Positions 24,195 to 33,802 of a stretch of DNA of 58,122 bases are shown here, piece by piece. The position numbers were made by a program, and so were the translations under genes. The stretch's first letter is position 1. Each line of letters opens with the position of its first letter. The stretch covers positions 1 to 58,122 of IMG/VR virus record IMGVR_UViG_3300024057_000003. One strand, 5' to 3'. Below the pieces are notes generated by a model. That model made no database searches. It was not told the origin of the DNA and saw only the letters and a list, made by a program, of their open reading frames with translations. Origin of the DNA: a virus. Lineage: Duplodnaviria; Caudoviricetes.

Positions 24195-26930
24195 ATGCCA
24201 GAGGAAGTCCTTCGCTACCGCGTAGAGATCGACGAGGCGTCACTCCAGTCGGAGTTGGCGCGCGCGCGCGGCGCGATCACCAATGTCCTTCAGACCGCGA
24301 TCACCACCGGCCAGTACGCGGTCAACCAGCTGAGCGCCGACGTCGCCCTGACGCGACAGACCTTTGGGATCCCCGAGCCCGTGGCCGCAAGCCCCTCGCA
24401 GGACCTCGGCTTCTTCGGGGCATCTCTCGGCGTGGCGGGGATCCGCACGCCTCCGAACATGCTCACCTCGGACTTCCGGGCGGCCGCGCAACAGGAGCTT
24501 CAGTCCAGGATCAGCCAGGGCACGTTCGCGATCGCGCGGGAGGCCATCCCCGTGGCCGCCGGACTCGGGGCCGTGGGGCTCGGCATGGCGGGCCGGGCGC
24601 GGCCGCTGACGACCCTCGCCGCCGGCGCCGCGACGTTCATGGGGGCGCGGGGGGCCACCGGGCTGGGGCTGGGGACGATGGAGGCCCGCCAGTCGGCTGA
24701 GGAGATCCTGTCGCTCACCGGAGCCCCCCACCCCATGCTTCAGTTCAGCCGTGAGGACAGGGAGGGATTGGCCCGAGGACTGGTCCAGGACGTCGCTCAG
24801 GACGTCCGTTTCGGGGTGGAGGAGGTTGGGGGCCTTCTGGCCATGGGATCGGCCTCAGACGCCTTCACAGGCGTCCGGTCGGTCGAGGAGTTCCGGACCC
24901 GGTTTCGGGCGATGCTCGATCAGGTCAGGACGATCACCCGCGTCTTCCAGCAGACCACCCAGGAGGCGATGCAGACCCTCGGGGAGTTCAATCGCCTTGG
25001 GGTCGCGAGCCCGGAGGTGATGACCGGACGCTTGGCCGACGTGCGATCGCTGACGCAGGCTACGGGTATGGCTCCGGGGCAGATCCTTCAAACGGGCATG
25101 GCCGGGGCGCAGATGGCTGAGGGGATGGGTGCCGCTCCAGGAGCAGGGTTCGACGTCATGATGCGGAACATGCTCCGCGCGCAGACCGCAGGCGCGACGA
25201 TGGCGATCGACCCGAACGTGATGCAGAGGCTCGGCGGCTTCCAAGGGGTGGCCGCCGAAATGACCCAGTTCGGCTTCCAAGCCGCGCAGGCCCCCGCGAT
25301 GAGATCGCTGATCGCTGGCCTGTCGAACGACACGATGACCGGCCTCGATCAGGCGAGGCTCCGGCAGTTCGTTCAGGGTCAGGTGTCCTTCGAGGACATC
25401 CAGCAACAGGCGCTCAACAGGATGTCGGATCCCGCGATGCAGACGCGCTTCGCCGCGAATTCGGACATCCTTCAGCAACAGCTCGCGGCATCGGGCCTGG
25501 CCGGGCCGGCACTCTTCCGGATGGCTGAAGTCCGGGGGGAGTTCATGGGCGTGCCCGGTGCGGACGTGTTCGGCGTGATGATGCGCCAGATGGGCTTGGA
25601 CCCCGCTCAGCGTCAGGCGATTGGCCCGATGGTGTCCGGCGCCGCGCAATTCGATTTCGTCGCGGCGCGCCGGCGGGAGCTGGCTGAGCTGGAAATCCAG
25701 ATGGAGCGGCAGAGGGAGGAGTCGAGGTTCACCTCCCGAGTCGGGGCCTCCTTCGAGCAGTTCCAGGTGGGGGTGGGGAATTTCGTCGGGGATCCGATTC
25801 GCGCCGCCGGCCGCGCTGCGGGCGGGTTCTTCCAGAACGTGGTCGCCCTCCCCTCCCGGGCGGCGGAGTGGCTCGACATCAGCTTGGGCAAGGCGGTCTT
25901 CGGTGCGCCGGGGATGTCCGAGGGCCTGACCCAGCGGCAGATGTCGGCGTCCCAGATGAAGGCCGCGACGGACGCCCTTCAGACCTCCGTCCGCGCGGTC
26001 ACCAATCGCGTGAATTTCGGAACGCTCAAGATGTGGGACCGACTCTCCTTCGATGAATTCACCCAGTTCGAGGAGGTGGCGGTCGCCGAGTTCGGCGGAG
26101 AAATCTCCGATCTGATTGCCGAGTCGGACGGGGCCAAGCGCGGGGAGATGCGCGAGAAGCTCAAGGAAAAGATGAGCGGCTGGTTCCACACCAATTTCGG
26201 ACACCTGAGCGAAGGCGACGCCGCCGAAGCCAAGGCCTTCACCGACAAGATGCTGCAAATAGAGACCGTGGCGGGACGGAACAGTGCGGTCCTTCACGGG
26301 ATCGAGAGCGTCAAGAAGAACGCCTCCGCGCTTCAGATGAGGATCTTCGTGGGCGATGAAATCCCATCCATCCTGGCCGCTTCGGTCGCCAAGCCGAGCG
26401 ACGTGGAGCGGGTGACCGGAATTGGCACCCAGATGGCTGCGGCATTTCAGGGGGGTGGAGAGAAGGCAAGCCTACAGGCACTCCGGACCTTGGGGGAGAA
26501 GGCCATTCCGCTTCTGTCCCGGGGCGCCCCGATCCGGGAGCGCTTGGAGATCACAGACCTCGCCTTCAGGCGCGGGTTCCTGACTCCAGGGGACATGCAG
26601 TTGTCGACGAAGGAACTCGGCGCGATCGCGGATCAGAACTTGACGGCTGAGCAGGCAAGGTTCGTGGGCGCACTACGGAGGCAGGCCGACGAGGCCGAAG
26701 GCAAGGAGATCTCGGCCGAGAAGGTCTTCAAGACCGTGGGCCAAGGCTTGGGCGGCCAGTTCCCGTCCAGAACGCCAGGGCCGGGGACCAACGTCAGCCC
26801 CTATGCGTGGGACCAGACCACGCAAGTCCTTGACCGGCTCAATGGATCTGTTCAAAATCTCAATGCGGCGTCCAGGGAACTTCTGAAGAGCATCACGGAT
26901 CAGAACAAGAAGACAGCAGGGAAGTCATAA
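24195..26930 (+). CDS. tape measure protein
   Basis: 911 aa helical Ala/Gly/Gln/Met-rich ORF after the chaperone. Confidence 0.85.
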   Translation: MPEEVLRYRVEIDEASLQSELARARGAITNVLQTAITTGQYAVNQLSADVALTRQTFGIPEPVAASPSQDLGFFGASLGVAGIRTPPNMLTSDFRAAAQQELQSRISQGTFAIAREAIPVAAGLGAVGLGMAGRARPLTTLAAGAATFMGARGATGLGLGTMEARQSAEEILSLTGAPHPMLQFSREDREGLARGLVQDVAQDVRFGVEEVGGLLAMGSASDAFTGVRSVEEFRTRFRAMLDQVRTITRVFQQTTQEAMQTLGEFNRLGVASPEVMTGRLADVRSLTQATGMAPGQILQTGMAGAQMAEGMGAAPGAGFDVMMRNMLRAQTAGATMAIDPNVMQRLGGFQGVAAEMTQFGFQAAQAPAMRSLIAGLSNDTMTGLDQARLRQFVQGQVSFEDIQQQALNRMSDPAMQTRFAANSDILQQQLAASGLAGPALFRMAEVRGEFMGVPGADVFGVMMRQMGLDPAQRQAIGPMVSGAAQFDFVAARRRELAELEIQMERQREESRFTSRVGASFEQFQVGVGNFVGDPIRAAGRAAGGFFQNVVALPSRAAEWLDISLGKAVFGAPGMSEGLTQRQMSASQMKAATDALQTSVRAVTNRVNFGTLKMWDRLSFDEFTQFEEVAVAEFGGEISDLIAESDGAKRGEMREKLKEKMSGWFHTNFGHLSEGDAAEAKAFTDKMLQIETVAGRNSAVLHGIESVKKNASALQMRIFVGDEIPSILAASVAKPSDVERVTGIGTQMAAAFQGGGEKASLQALRTLGEKAIPLLSRGAPIRERLEITDLAFRRGFLTPGDMQLSTKELGAIADQNLTAEQARFVGALRRQADEAEGKEISAEKVFKTVGQGLGGQFPSRTPGPGTNVSPYAWDQTTQVLDRLNGSVQNLNAASRELLKSITDQNKKTAGKS

Positions 26931-29128
26931 TGACGATACTTCTTCATCGAATCACCGTCGACGTGAAGCGGGGATTTGAGCAGACGGATCCGCGTTGGGC
27001 GTTCGCCAACGAGATTTACAAGAACGACACCAACATCTTCGCCTTCTGGGACGCCAAGACTTCCACCCAACCATCGCGGAGCGACATCAGGCCGCTGGCC
27101 AAGCGAAAGCGCCAGGTCGTTCTGGACGGGGAGCGCCCCGGCTTCAACGTGACCGATGAACTTACCAAGTCCTTCACGGACGAGCAGCGTCGAGCCTGTC
27201 GGTACGTTTCCCCCGAGGAGGAGAAGGTCGCGGTCCTCAAGCTCGTCCGCACGAAGAACCGTCTTGTCGAAGCGGAAGTGTCCAAGCTGGAAGTGATCGG
27301 AGAGCGCAGGGAGAAGTCCACGGGGAAATCGGCGATCATCCAGAAGGACGTTCTGGATCAGGGCGTCGAAGTCATGATGGAAACGAACGCCTTCATGCTT
27401 CAGGGCGTCAACGAATCCTTCCAGGAGAAGTTTCAGATCAGCGAGACGTTCGGGGAGCCCGTCTTCTTCGCCTTTGGAGAGCGCCAGAGGATCTTCCAGT
27501 TCGACGGCCTCCTCTTCGATACCGACAGTTGGGCGTGGAAGGAGCGGTTCATCTCGGAATACAATGAGTTCCTTCGGGGTACGAAGGCCATTGAGAACGG
27601 TGCCTTCGTCACGCTCATCACGAACACCGCCGTTATCCAGGGCTATCTCCTGTCCTGCTCGATCGGGCAGAGCACGAACACGCACGGGTACGTGGCCTTG
27701 AGCTTCGCCATGTTCATCCAAGACCGCTTCCCGGTGAGCGAAGTCGAGCGGTCTCCGCAGGATCAGCGGGAGGCTGAGAAGGAAGATCCGAGGGTCGTGC
27801 TCTTCGAGATCAACAATCTGGTCAACAAGCCCAACGAGATCATCAAGGAGATCGAGCGCGTTCCGCCAAGCGTCGTCAAGGTAGAGTTGCCCAGCGGTTT
27901 CCAGCCAGCTGATTTCTTGCAGACAAACCCTGTGGAATTCCGGCCAACGCACTTCAAGCCGTCATCTCCAGTGGATGGAGAAAGAAAGGAGGTCCAGTTC
28001 ATAGTGACGCCTCCTGGACAGCCGTCCTATTCTCCGCCGGATCTCCTGTTTGCCGATCCGGGCAATCGTCCGAATCAGTACACGAATCAGATGATGATCG
28101 GGAACATTGGCGTAGTGGGGGAATTCCAGCGGAAGGATTTGCAGGCCCCGCCTGGGACGACGACGCCAGCGGGATTCAGCATGCACTCCGTCGGTGCTTT
28201 CCAGTCACCGACCAACACGGTCGAATCGGAGAGCCTGTTTGCTCAAGCGGGAGGTAGCGCGCAAAGGCATCAGGAGTTGCCGATCAGAAGGCTCAAGGAC
28301 ATTGCCAAGGCCGGCAATCTAATCGCCGGGGTCATCCATGTTCAGTCCAACACAATTTTTACGCGCAAAGTAAGCGAGCTAAGGATTGGGTCCGACCCGG
28401 GATTCCTTGCCACGGGAGGAGTGTCGGGACAAAAATTCAACAGTGGAATCTCAAACCCAGGGTTGAATTTCGAGATCCAGTTGGATAGGCCCATCAAAGC
28501 GCAGGGCGTGGGCGCAGGCGATGTTTTCACAAAGAACGTCGACCAGTTTCGTATCCGGTGGTTCGAGGACAACACGTTCCTGATTCAGAAGGCAGAGGAG
28601 GTGTACCACAGCATCGATGGCGGATTGAGTTTAAGGAGAGTGGCCGACGGAACAGGCGCGAGCAAGGCCGTAAACGCAACCGAGCGGTACGTGCTGACCG
28701 ATCCCGGTGCAACATTCCTCGTGGATCTCCAGACGCACATTGACGCGGGGGACAAGATCAGCGTGGTTCTCCCCTATGCGGTCATTGATCTTGATTCGAC
28801 AACGAAGGCTGATTCGGAAGTGCCAGTCACAAAGGTATTGTCTGATACGCAACTTCAGCTTGGCCTGCTTCAGCTCGACCTTGCCAACAAGAATCTCTCC
28901 GGAAATCAACTGGAACAGCAACGCGTCGGCGAGGTCGAGATGCAGCAATACAAGGTATTGGTTCGTCGCGCATCCAGCATCGCTCTCATCGAAGAGGCGA
29001 TCCGGAAGCGGGTCAAGAATCCGCCCGACGGGGCCTTCAGCAGCGAGAACCTCAATGCGGATGACCAGCAACTCCGGCAGGAGAAGGGCGTCTTCGAGAT
29101 GAAGAAGGGAGTCCATTTCTCGGAATGA
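26930..29128 (+). CDS. tail tube initiator/baseplate protein with C-terminal extension
   Basis: 732 aa; FMLQGVNESFQEKFQISETFGE..FDGLL tube-like domain after TMP. Confidence 0.55.
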   Translation: MTILLHRITVDVKRGFEQTDPRWAFANEIYKNDTNIFAFWDAKTSTQPSRSDIRPLAKRKRQVVLDGERPGFNVTDELTKSFTDEQRRACRYVSPEEEKVAVLKLVRTKNRLVEAEVSKLEVIGERREKSTGKSAIIQKDVLDQGVEVMMETNAFMLQGVNESFQEKFQISETFGEPVFFAFGERQRIFQFDGLLFDTDSWAWKERFISEYNEFLRGTKAIENGAFVTLITNTAVIQGYLLSCSIGQSTNTHGYVALSFAMFIQDRFPVSEVERSPQDQREAEKEDPRVVLFEINNLVNKPNEIIKEIERVPPSVVKVELPSGFQPADFLQTNPVEFRPTHFKPSSPVDGERKEVQFIVTPPGQPSYSPPDLLFADPGNRPNQYTNQMMIGNIGVVGEFQRKDLQAPPGTTTPAGFSMHSVGAFQSPTNTVESESLFAQAGGSAQRHQELPIRRLKDIAKAGNLIAGVIHVQSNTIFTRKVSELRIGSDPGFLATGGVSGQKFNSGISNPGLNFEIQLDRPIKAQGVGAGDVFTKNVDQFRIRWFEDNTFLIQKAEEVYHSIDGGLSLRRVADGTGASKAVNATERYVLTDPGATFLVDLQTHIDAGDKISVVLPYAVIDLDSTTKADSEVPVTKVLSDTQLQLGLLQLDLANKNLSGNQLEQQRVGEVEMQQYKVLVRRASSIALIEEAIRKRVKNPPDGAFSSENLNADDQQLRQEKGVFEMKKGVHFSE

Positions 29129-31017
29129 TCTCGAAACGCGTAGACGTCAAGGTCTATCTGGAAGGGATCAAGATCCCGTTCAACAGGGTGATCCTTTCGA
29201 TGGCACCCAACCGCATGAACATCCTGACCCTCGAAATCCCGCCGGCGAGGGAGTTGTTCGACATCCTTCCGCGCACCTACGTCCAGGTCTTCTTCAATCT
29301 TGGAGATGGATTCAAGACCTTCTTCGAGGGCGAGGTCATCTCCCACGGCTTCACGAAAGACGCGCAGTCAGGACGCCAGATGCTCCTCCGCTGCGCCGAC
29401 ATGTCCAACTACTGGCACTACTCCTTCGGCTCCTACCTGGCGAGGACAAGCGTCGAGCAGTACGCGATCCTTGACGAGATCCGGATGTTTACGGGAGTGT
29501 CTCCGATCGAAGCGGGCGACAAGAAGCAAGAAGAGCGGATCTTCATCCTCCGGGGCATCGGCCACGAAGTCTTCCAGAAGCTCCGCAAGCAGGACCCGGT
29601 TACTGGGGTCAAGGAGTCCTTGGAGCTGGTGAAGAACGTCAACGATTTCTTTGGCGATCGCTTCAGCAGGTTCAAGATCAACGAGCGATTCAAGGTTCTT
29701 CCGGACGGCCAGATCAAGTTCTTCAGCGCGCTCAACAGCCAGGACATCCTCAACTTCACGTTCGGCAATGCCCAGACCTACCGAAACCTCTTGGACATCT
29801 TCTCCAATGTCCTCCAGCAGATCTGGCAGAACTTCTGGTCCCTCTCTCTGCCTGGCGTGATCGACTCTCCAGCCCCGGTCAACTTCGTCATTCTGCCGCC
29901 CACCTTTGTAACCGCTCCTCCGCGGTGCAATGTCATCTTCCCCGACACGCACGACGGCTTCTCCTACATCCGTCCATTCTTGGATGAGCCCACGCGGTTC
30001 AAGATCTTCACCGGGGGGTCCTCCAGCGATTTCATCAAGACCCAGTTCGTCTATTCGCCTGCCGACTTCAGGGAGCGAGTGATCCCCGCGCTTCGGGTGG
30101 CGCAGGGAAAGAATCAGGACATCCGGGACGAGAACATCTTGATCGAGAGCGACGATCCCGAGCAGGATGAGCGACTCCGCGGCATCCTTCCCGACGCGGT
30201 GTCCATTCAGCAGGATACCTACTTCACCGTCCGGCGGGCCGTCTTGGCCCAGGCGAAGACCAAGGAGCAGGGAGCGGACGAAGCTGAAAAGAACATCAAG
30301 AAAACCCTCGCGCAGATCGCTGACTTCCTCTTCATCCTGCGCCGATTCCGGCAACGTACGCTACCGATTCAGATGCCCTTCAATCCGAACATCAACCCCG
30401 CCTTCCCGATCCTTCTCCTGGACAAGGAGGCGACGCTCTTCGGCAGTCCGGTGGAACTGGTCCACAACCTCGACGCAAACGGAAATGCGACGACATCGGT
30501 CACCTGCGAGTACGCACGAAATAAGGATGTAGGGACTGATGTGATCGAGAAGTCGCTCCCCTGGTTCAACCGCTCGTACGATCCCAAGGGAATCGGCGAG
30601 ACTACGTTCACGTTCACGGACGTCGATGGCAAGGAGCGCACGGTTGAAGGGGCCTATCCGGCCGTCGTGGATGGGAACATGGGAAGCATTCTGAGCCAGT
30701 CCCTCCCGATCTTCGAGAATGGGAAACAGGTTGGCGAGAAGGTTCCGGAATCCGAGGAGGAGGCCGCTAACCTGATCTTTGGCCTCTGGCTCAACGTGGG
30801 AGACAGGGGCGAGTTCATCGAAGGATTCACCGAGCGACGGATCCAGACGTTCGAGGAGCATCTTGAGTTCTTGGGCCTGACCGAAGTGAATGACGACATC
30901 CTCGACGGGCCTGTGTATGATGGCGCGAAACGCGCGGTCATCGAACTGGCCAAGGGCAAGCTGATCGAAGCGAGCCAAGCGTTCGCCGAAACGGTTGCCA
31001 CCGAAAGGCAAGGCTGA
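29125..31017 (+). CDS. baseplate hub protein
   Basis: 630 aa; KVYLEGIKIPF, FFEGEV, APPRCNVIFP, PFNPNINPAFP; position. Confidence 0.6.
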   Translation: MISKRVDVKVYLEGIKIPFNRVILSMAPNRMNILTLEIPPARELFDILPRTYVQVFFNLGDGFKTFFEGEVISHGFTKDAQSGRQMLLRCADMSNYWHYSFGSYLARTSVEQYAILDEIRMFTGVSPIEAGDKKQEERIFILRGIGHEVFQKLRKQDPVTGVKESLELVKNVNDFFGDRFSRFKINERFKVLPDGQIKFFSALNSQDILNFTFGNAQTYRNLLDIFSNVLQQIWQNFWSLSLPGVIDSPAPVNFVILPPTFVTAPPRCNVIFPDTHDGFSYIRPFLDEPTRFKIFTGGSSSDFIKTQFVYSPADFRERVIPALRVAQGKNQDIRDENILIESDDPEQDERLRGILPDAVSIQQDTYFTVRRAVLAQAKTKEQGADEAEKNIKKTLAQIADFLFILRRFRQRTLPIQMPFNPNINPAFPILLLDKEATLFGSPVELVHNLDANGNATTSVTCEYARNKDVGTDVIEKSLPWFNRSYDPKGIGETTFTFTDVDGKERTVEGAYPAVVDGNMGSILSQSLPIFENGKQVGEKVPESEEEAANLIFGLWLNVGDRGEFIEGFTERRIQTFEEHLEFLGLTEVNDDILDGPVYDGAKRAVIELAKGKLIEASQAFAETVATERQG

Positions 31018-31730
31018 TGCCAGCACTCAAGCAACGTCAGCAGGAAGAGATGAAGCTCTGGCGCCGCTGGCAGAGCGGCGACGGCGACGCTCTTGGTCCG
31101 CTGATGAAGTCCTACGATCCCGTGGTCCACACGTGGGTCAACAAGCTCCGGACCAGCCCGCTTCCGGAGATCTTCATCCAGACGGAGGTGAAGAAGCAGG
31201 TCCTCGACGCCTTCCAGACCTTCGATCCCAAGCGAGGCGTCCAGCTGAACACGTACGTCAACAGCCGCCTGCCCAAGGTCCTGCGGAATACGGTCTACAC
31301 CTACGGCAATCTGGGCCGGATCCCCGAGGAGCGTCAGCGGAAGATCTGGACGTTCCACACCGCCAAAGACCGCCTGGGCGAGCAGCTCGGCCGGGCACCG
31401 ACGGCGATGGAAGTCGCGGCCGACCTTTCGTGGAACCTCCGGGAAGTCGAGCGGATGGAACAGGAATTGCGGCCCTCCCGCCTCATGACCGAGGAGACGG
31501 AGTTCTCGTTCCTCTCGGACGACGGCGATCAGAAGACCCTCCAGTTCGTCTACATGACCCTGCCGCCCCAGCAGCAGGTCCTCTTCGAGCACCATTTCGG
31601 CTGGGCGGGGAAGCCCAAGCTCAAGGACTCGGATCTCGCCAAACGCATGAAGCTCGACGTCCCCTCCCTGCGAAAGGAGAAGAAGAAGCTCGCGTCGACT
31701 TTGGAAACGGCATTCGAGCTGAAGAGATAG
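31017..31730 (+). CDS. RNA polymerase sigma-70 family factor (phage-encoded)
   Basis: Region 2 AFQTFDPKRGVQLNTYV, region 3 LGEQLGRAPTAMEVAADL, region 4 LPPQQQVLFEHHFG..DLAKRMKL. Confidence 0.85.
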   Translation: MPALKQRQQEEMKLWRRWQSGDGDALGPLMKSYDPVVHTWVNKLRTSPLPEIFIQTEVKKQVLDAFQTFDPKRGVQLNTYVNSRLPKVLRNTVYTYGNLGRIPEERQRKIWTFHTAKDRLGEQLGRAPTAMEVAADLSWNLREVERMEQELRPSRLMTEETEFSFLSDDGDQKTLQFVYMTLPPQQQVLFEHHFGWAGKPKLKDSDLAKRMKLDVPSLRKEKKKLASTLETAFELKR

Positions 31731-33320
31731 ATGGCCTGCGAAGACGAAGCACGGAAGGCGCTGGACGATTTCGTCGCAGGGTTCCTGCTCGAAAGCCAGG
31801 CGGCCCAGACGTTCTTGGGCTCGTCGTCGTCGTCCTCGGGAGTCGACAAGGCTTCCGGGCAGGTCGGGGAAAATGTCGGCGAGAACGTGATCTCCATCCA
31901 CCCCATATTCTCCACGATCACCGATCCCACTCAGAAAGCCTTGCTGGAAGACCGCTTGGTCACGAGCGCAACCGGGGCCGCACGGAGGATTGCCTTCGAG
32001 AACACGGGCAACAAGATCACCCGCATCTTCGAGGAGAGTCGGTCGGCCGCGCTCAACCTCTTCAGCGTGGGATCCGACTTCTTCTATGACGTCCTGTCCA
32101 AGAACGCCAAGCGGCTCCGGCGCGCGATCGCCGCCGCCGCCACGGCCGGCGCGGAACTCCAAGCTCTCGCGGTGTCGTACAACGCCTTCCATCAGACAGC
32201 CGACCGCTCGGATCTCGACAACCTCGACCCCAACGTGGTCGCCGACGTGAGGGCAGACGCGATCGCCGCCCTGACAAACGTAGATCTGGCGATCAAGGAG
32301 GGGGAATCGGCGAACGCCATCAGGGGGAGCACGATCGAGCAGGTGGCGGCTGCGGTGGATGCGGTCTGCGGAATCTTCACGAACCCCACGGGGATCGTTG
32401 GGATCCTGATGATGGAGAAGATCCTCGCCCTCATCAGCAACTTCGACCGGGCGGTGAACACGGTCATCAGCCAGAAGTTCCTGTTCGAGGAAGGCTTCAA
32501 CAACACGCTGAACGCCAACTTCATCAACCCCATCACCCGTACGCTCAATACGGTCGACACGGAGATGAACGACATCATCGAGAAGACAACGGGATTGCTC
32601 GGGGCACCCACCTTCGACAAGTTCACCTCCCTCAATATCTTGCACGATCTGTGCATGAGGATGTCGGTCCTGACAGATCTCATCCGCCGCAACCCGGATC
32701 AGGCCAAGGTGGAGATCAGCGCGGACGTCAACTTCTCCACCTTCGAGCCAGCGACGGTGGCGATCGCCGCCGAAACCAATGGGCTGGCCACCGACTACCT
32801 CCTGTTTTCACCGACCTACCGCAAGGTGGTCCAGAGCGTCATGATCCAAGACGTCCGTCCCGCGCTCGCGGTGAGGACGACGGAGGTGGTCACCAAGATC
32901 GCCGCCGTCCAGGCATGGCTCACCGCGCAAGGGGCGATCTTGGTGGCCCTCCCGGTCGTCCAGAGCGCGCTCACGACGGCACTGACGAGCTTGGTCGGCG
33001 TAGACGCCCTGAACAAGACGGATCAGTTCCTCCGGGGGAATGACTTCAAGAGCCTCGCCAAGCAGAAGGCCAACAGCTCCAGCAAGGCTGGTGATGCCGC
33101 CGAGAAGATCAAGGAATGCCTGACCGATCTGCCCCCCTCAGAGGCAGACAAATTCGGCGCCCTTTCTGAGGTGCGGAACGCTTTGGTTGGAATTGAACAG
33201 ACGCAAGCCATCGCCGCAGAAGCTATAATCACAGAGACCCCGGGGGCGATCGGTGAGGTGGACAGCCTCACGAAGGTCGTCCAGTCGGTGAAGGAGAAGG
33301 GCGAAGCGTTGCTGACATGA
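31731..33320 (+). CDS. hypothetical helical baseplate-region protein
   Basis: 529-aa ORF coupled to neighbours; no recognised motif. Confidence 0.7.
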   Translation: MACEDEARKALDDFVAGFLLESQAAQTFLGSSSSSSGVDKASGQVGENVGENVISIHPIFSTITDPTQKALLEDRLVTSATGAARRIAFENTGNKITRIFEESRSAALNLFSVGSDFFYDVLSKNAKRLRRAIAAAATAGAELQALAVSYNAFHQTADRSDLDNLDPNVVADVRADAIAALTNVDLAIKEGESANAIRGSTIEQVAAAVDAVCGIFTNPTGIVGILMMEKILALISNFDRAVNTVISQKFLFEEGFNNTLNANFINPITRTLNTVDTEMNDIIEKTTGLLGAPTFDKFTSLNILHDLCMRMSVLTDLIRRNPDQAKVEISADVNFSTFEPATVAIAAETNGLATDYLLFSPTYRKVVQSVMIQDVRPALAVRTTEVVTKIAAVQAWLTAQGAILVALPVVQSALTTALTSLVGVDALNKTDQFLRGNDFKSLAKQKANSSSKAGDAAEKIKECLTDLPPSEADKFGALSEVRNALVGIEQTQAIAAEAIITETPGAIGEVDSLTKVVQSVKEKGEALLT

Positions 33321-33802
33321 CGAAGGACCTCTCGATCACCCAGCTCCAGCGGGTTGCCCCGATCGTACGGGACGGCTCGCTTCGGCAGGATCGTTTTATC
33401 GTCCTGCGCCAGATGGGGCAATCCCCGAAGGCCGTCACGGGGGTCCACAAGCTGGCCCAGTTTGTGACGAAGTTGCTCCTCACCACCCAAGGGTCGGACA
33501 GCTTCGATCCGAACTATGGATCGAGCCTTCTTTTCCAACTGAGAACTCCGAAGGGCCTGACCGAGCTGGCCGACATTCAATCCAACATCAACATCCACAT
33601 CAGAGACGTGAAACGCCAGATCATCCGGAGTCAGGTGAATTCAAGGCTTCCATCCGACGAGCGGTTGAGGGATCTTCGGATCCAGAGGTTCCTCTTCAAC
33701 GAGAGCTCACTCAAGATGGAGATCGATCTGGCCCTCGTCTCAGAAGCCGGCACTTCCCGCGTCCTCAACCTCAGTGATCTCGTCGTCGGGGAGAACGAGT
33801 AA
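33317..33802 (+). CDS. baseplate wedge subunit (gp25-like)
   Basis: GVHKLAQFVTKLLLTTQGSDSFDPNYGSSL..PSDERL. Confidence 0.8.
   Translation: MTKDLSITQLQRVAPIVRDGSLRQDRFIVLRQMGQSPKAVTGVHKLAQFVTKLLLTTQGSDSFDPNYGSSLLFQLRTPKGLTELADIQSNINIHIRDVKRQIIRSQVNSRLPSDERLRDLRIQRFLFNESSLKMEIDLALVSEAGTSRVLNLSDLVVGENE

Noticed and set aside
33224-33229. Intragenic TATAAT boxes (33224; also 53196 with TTGCCG at 16 nt, TACAAT at 24068 and 46517)
   Set aside because: No matching TATAC-type or good sigma70 -35 at 17 nt; may be internal promoters but unsupported
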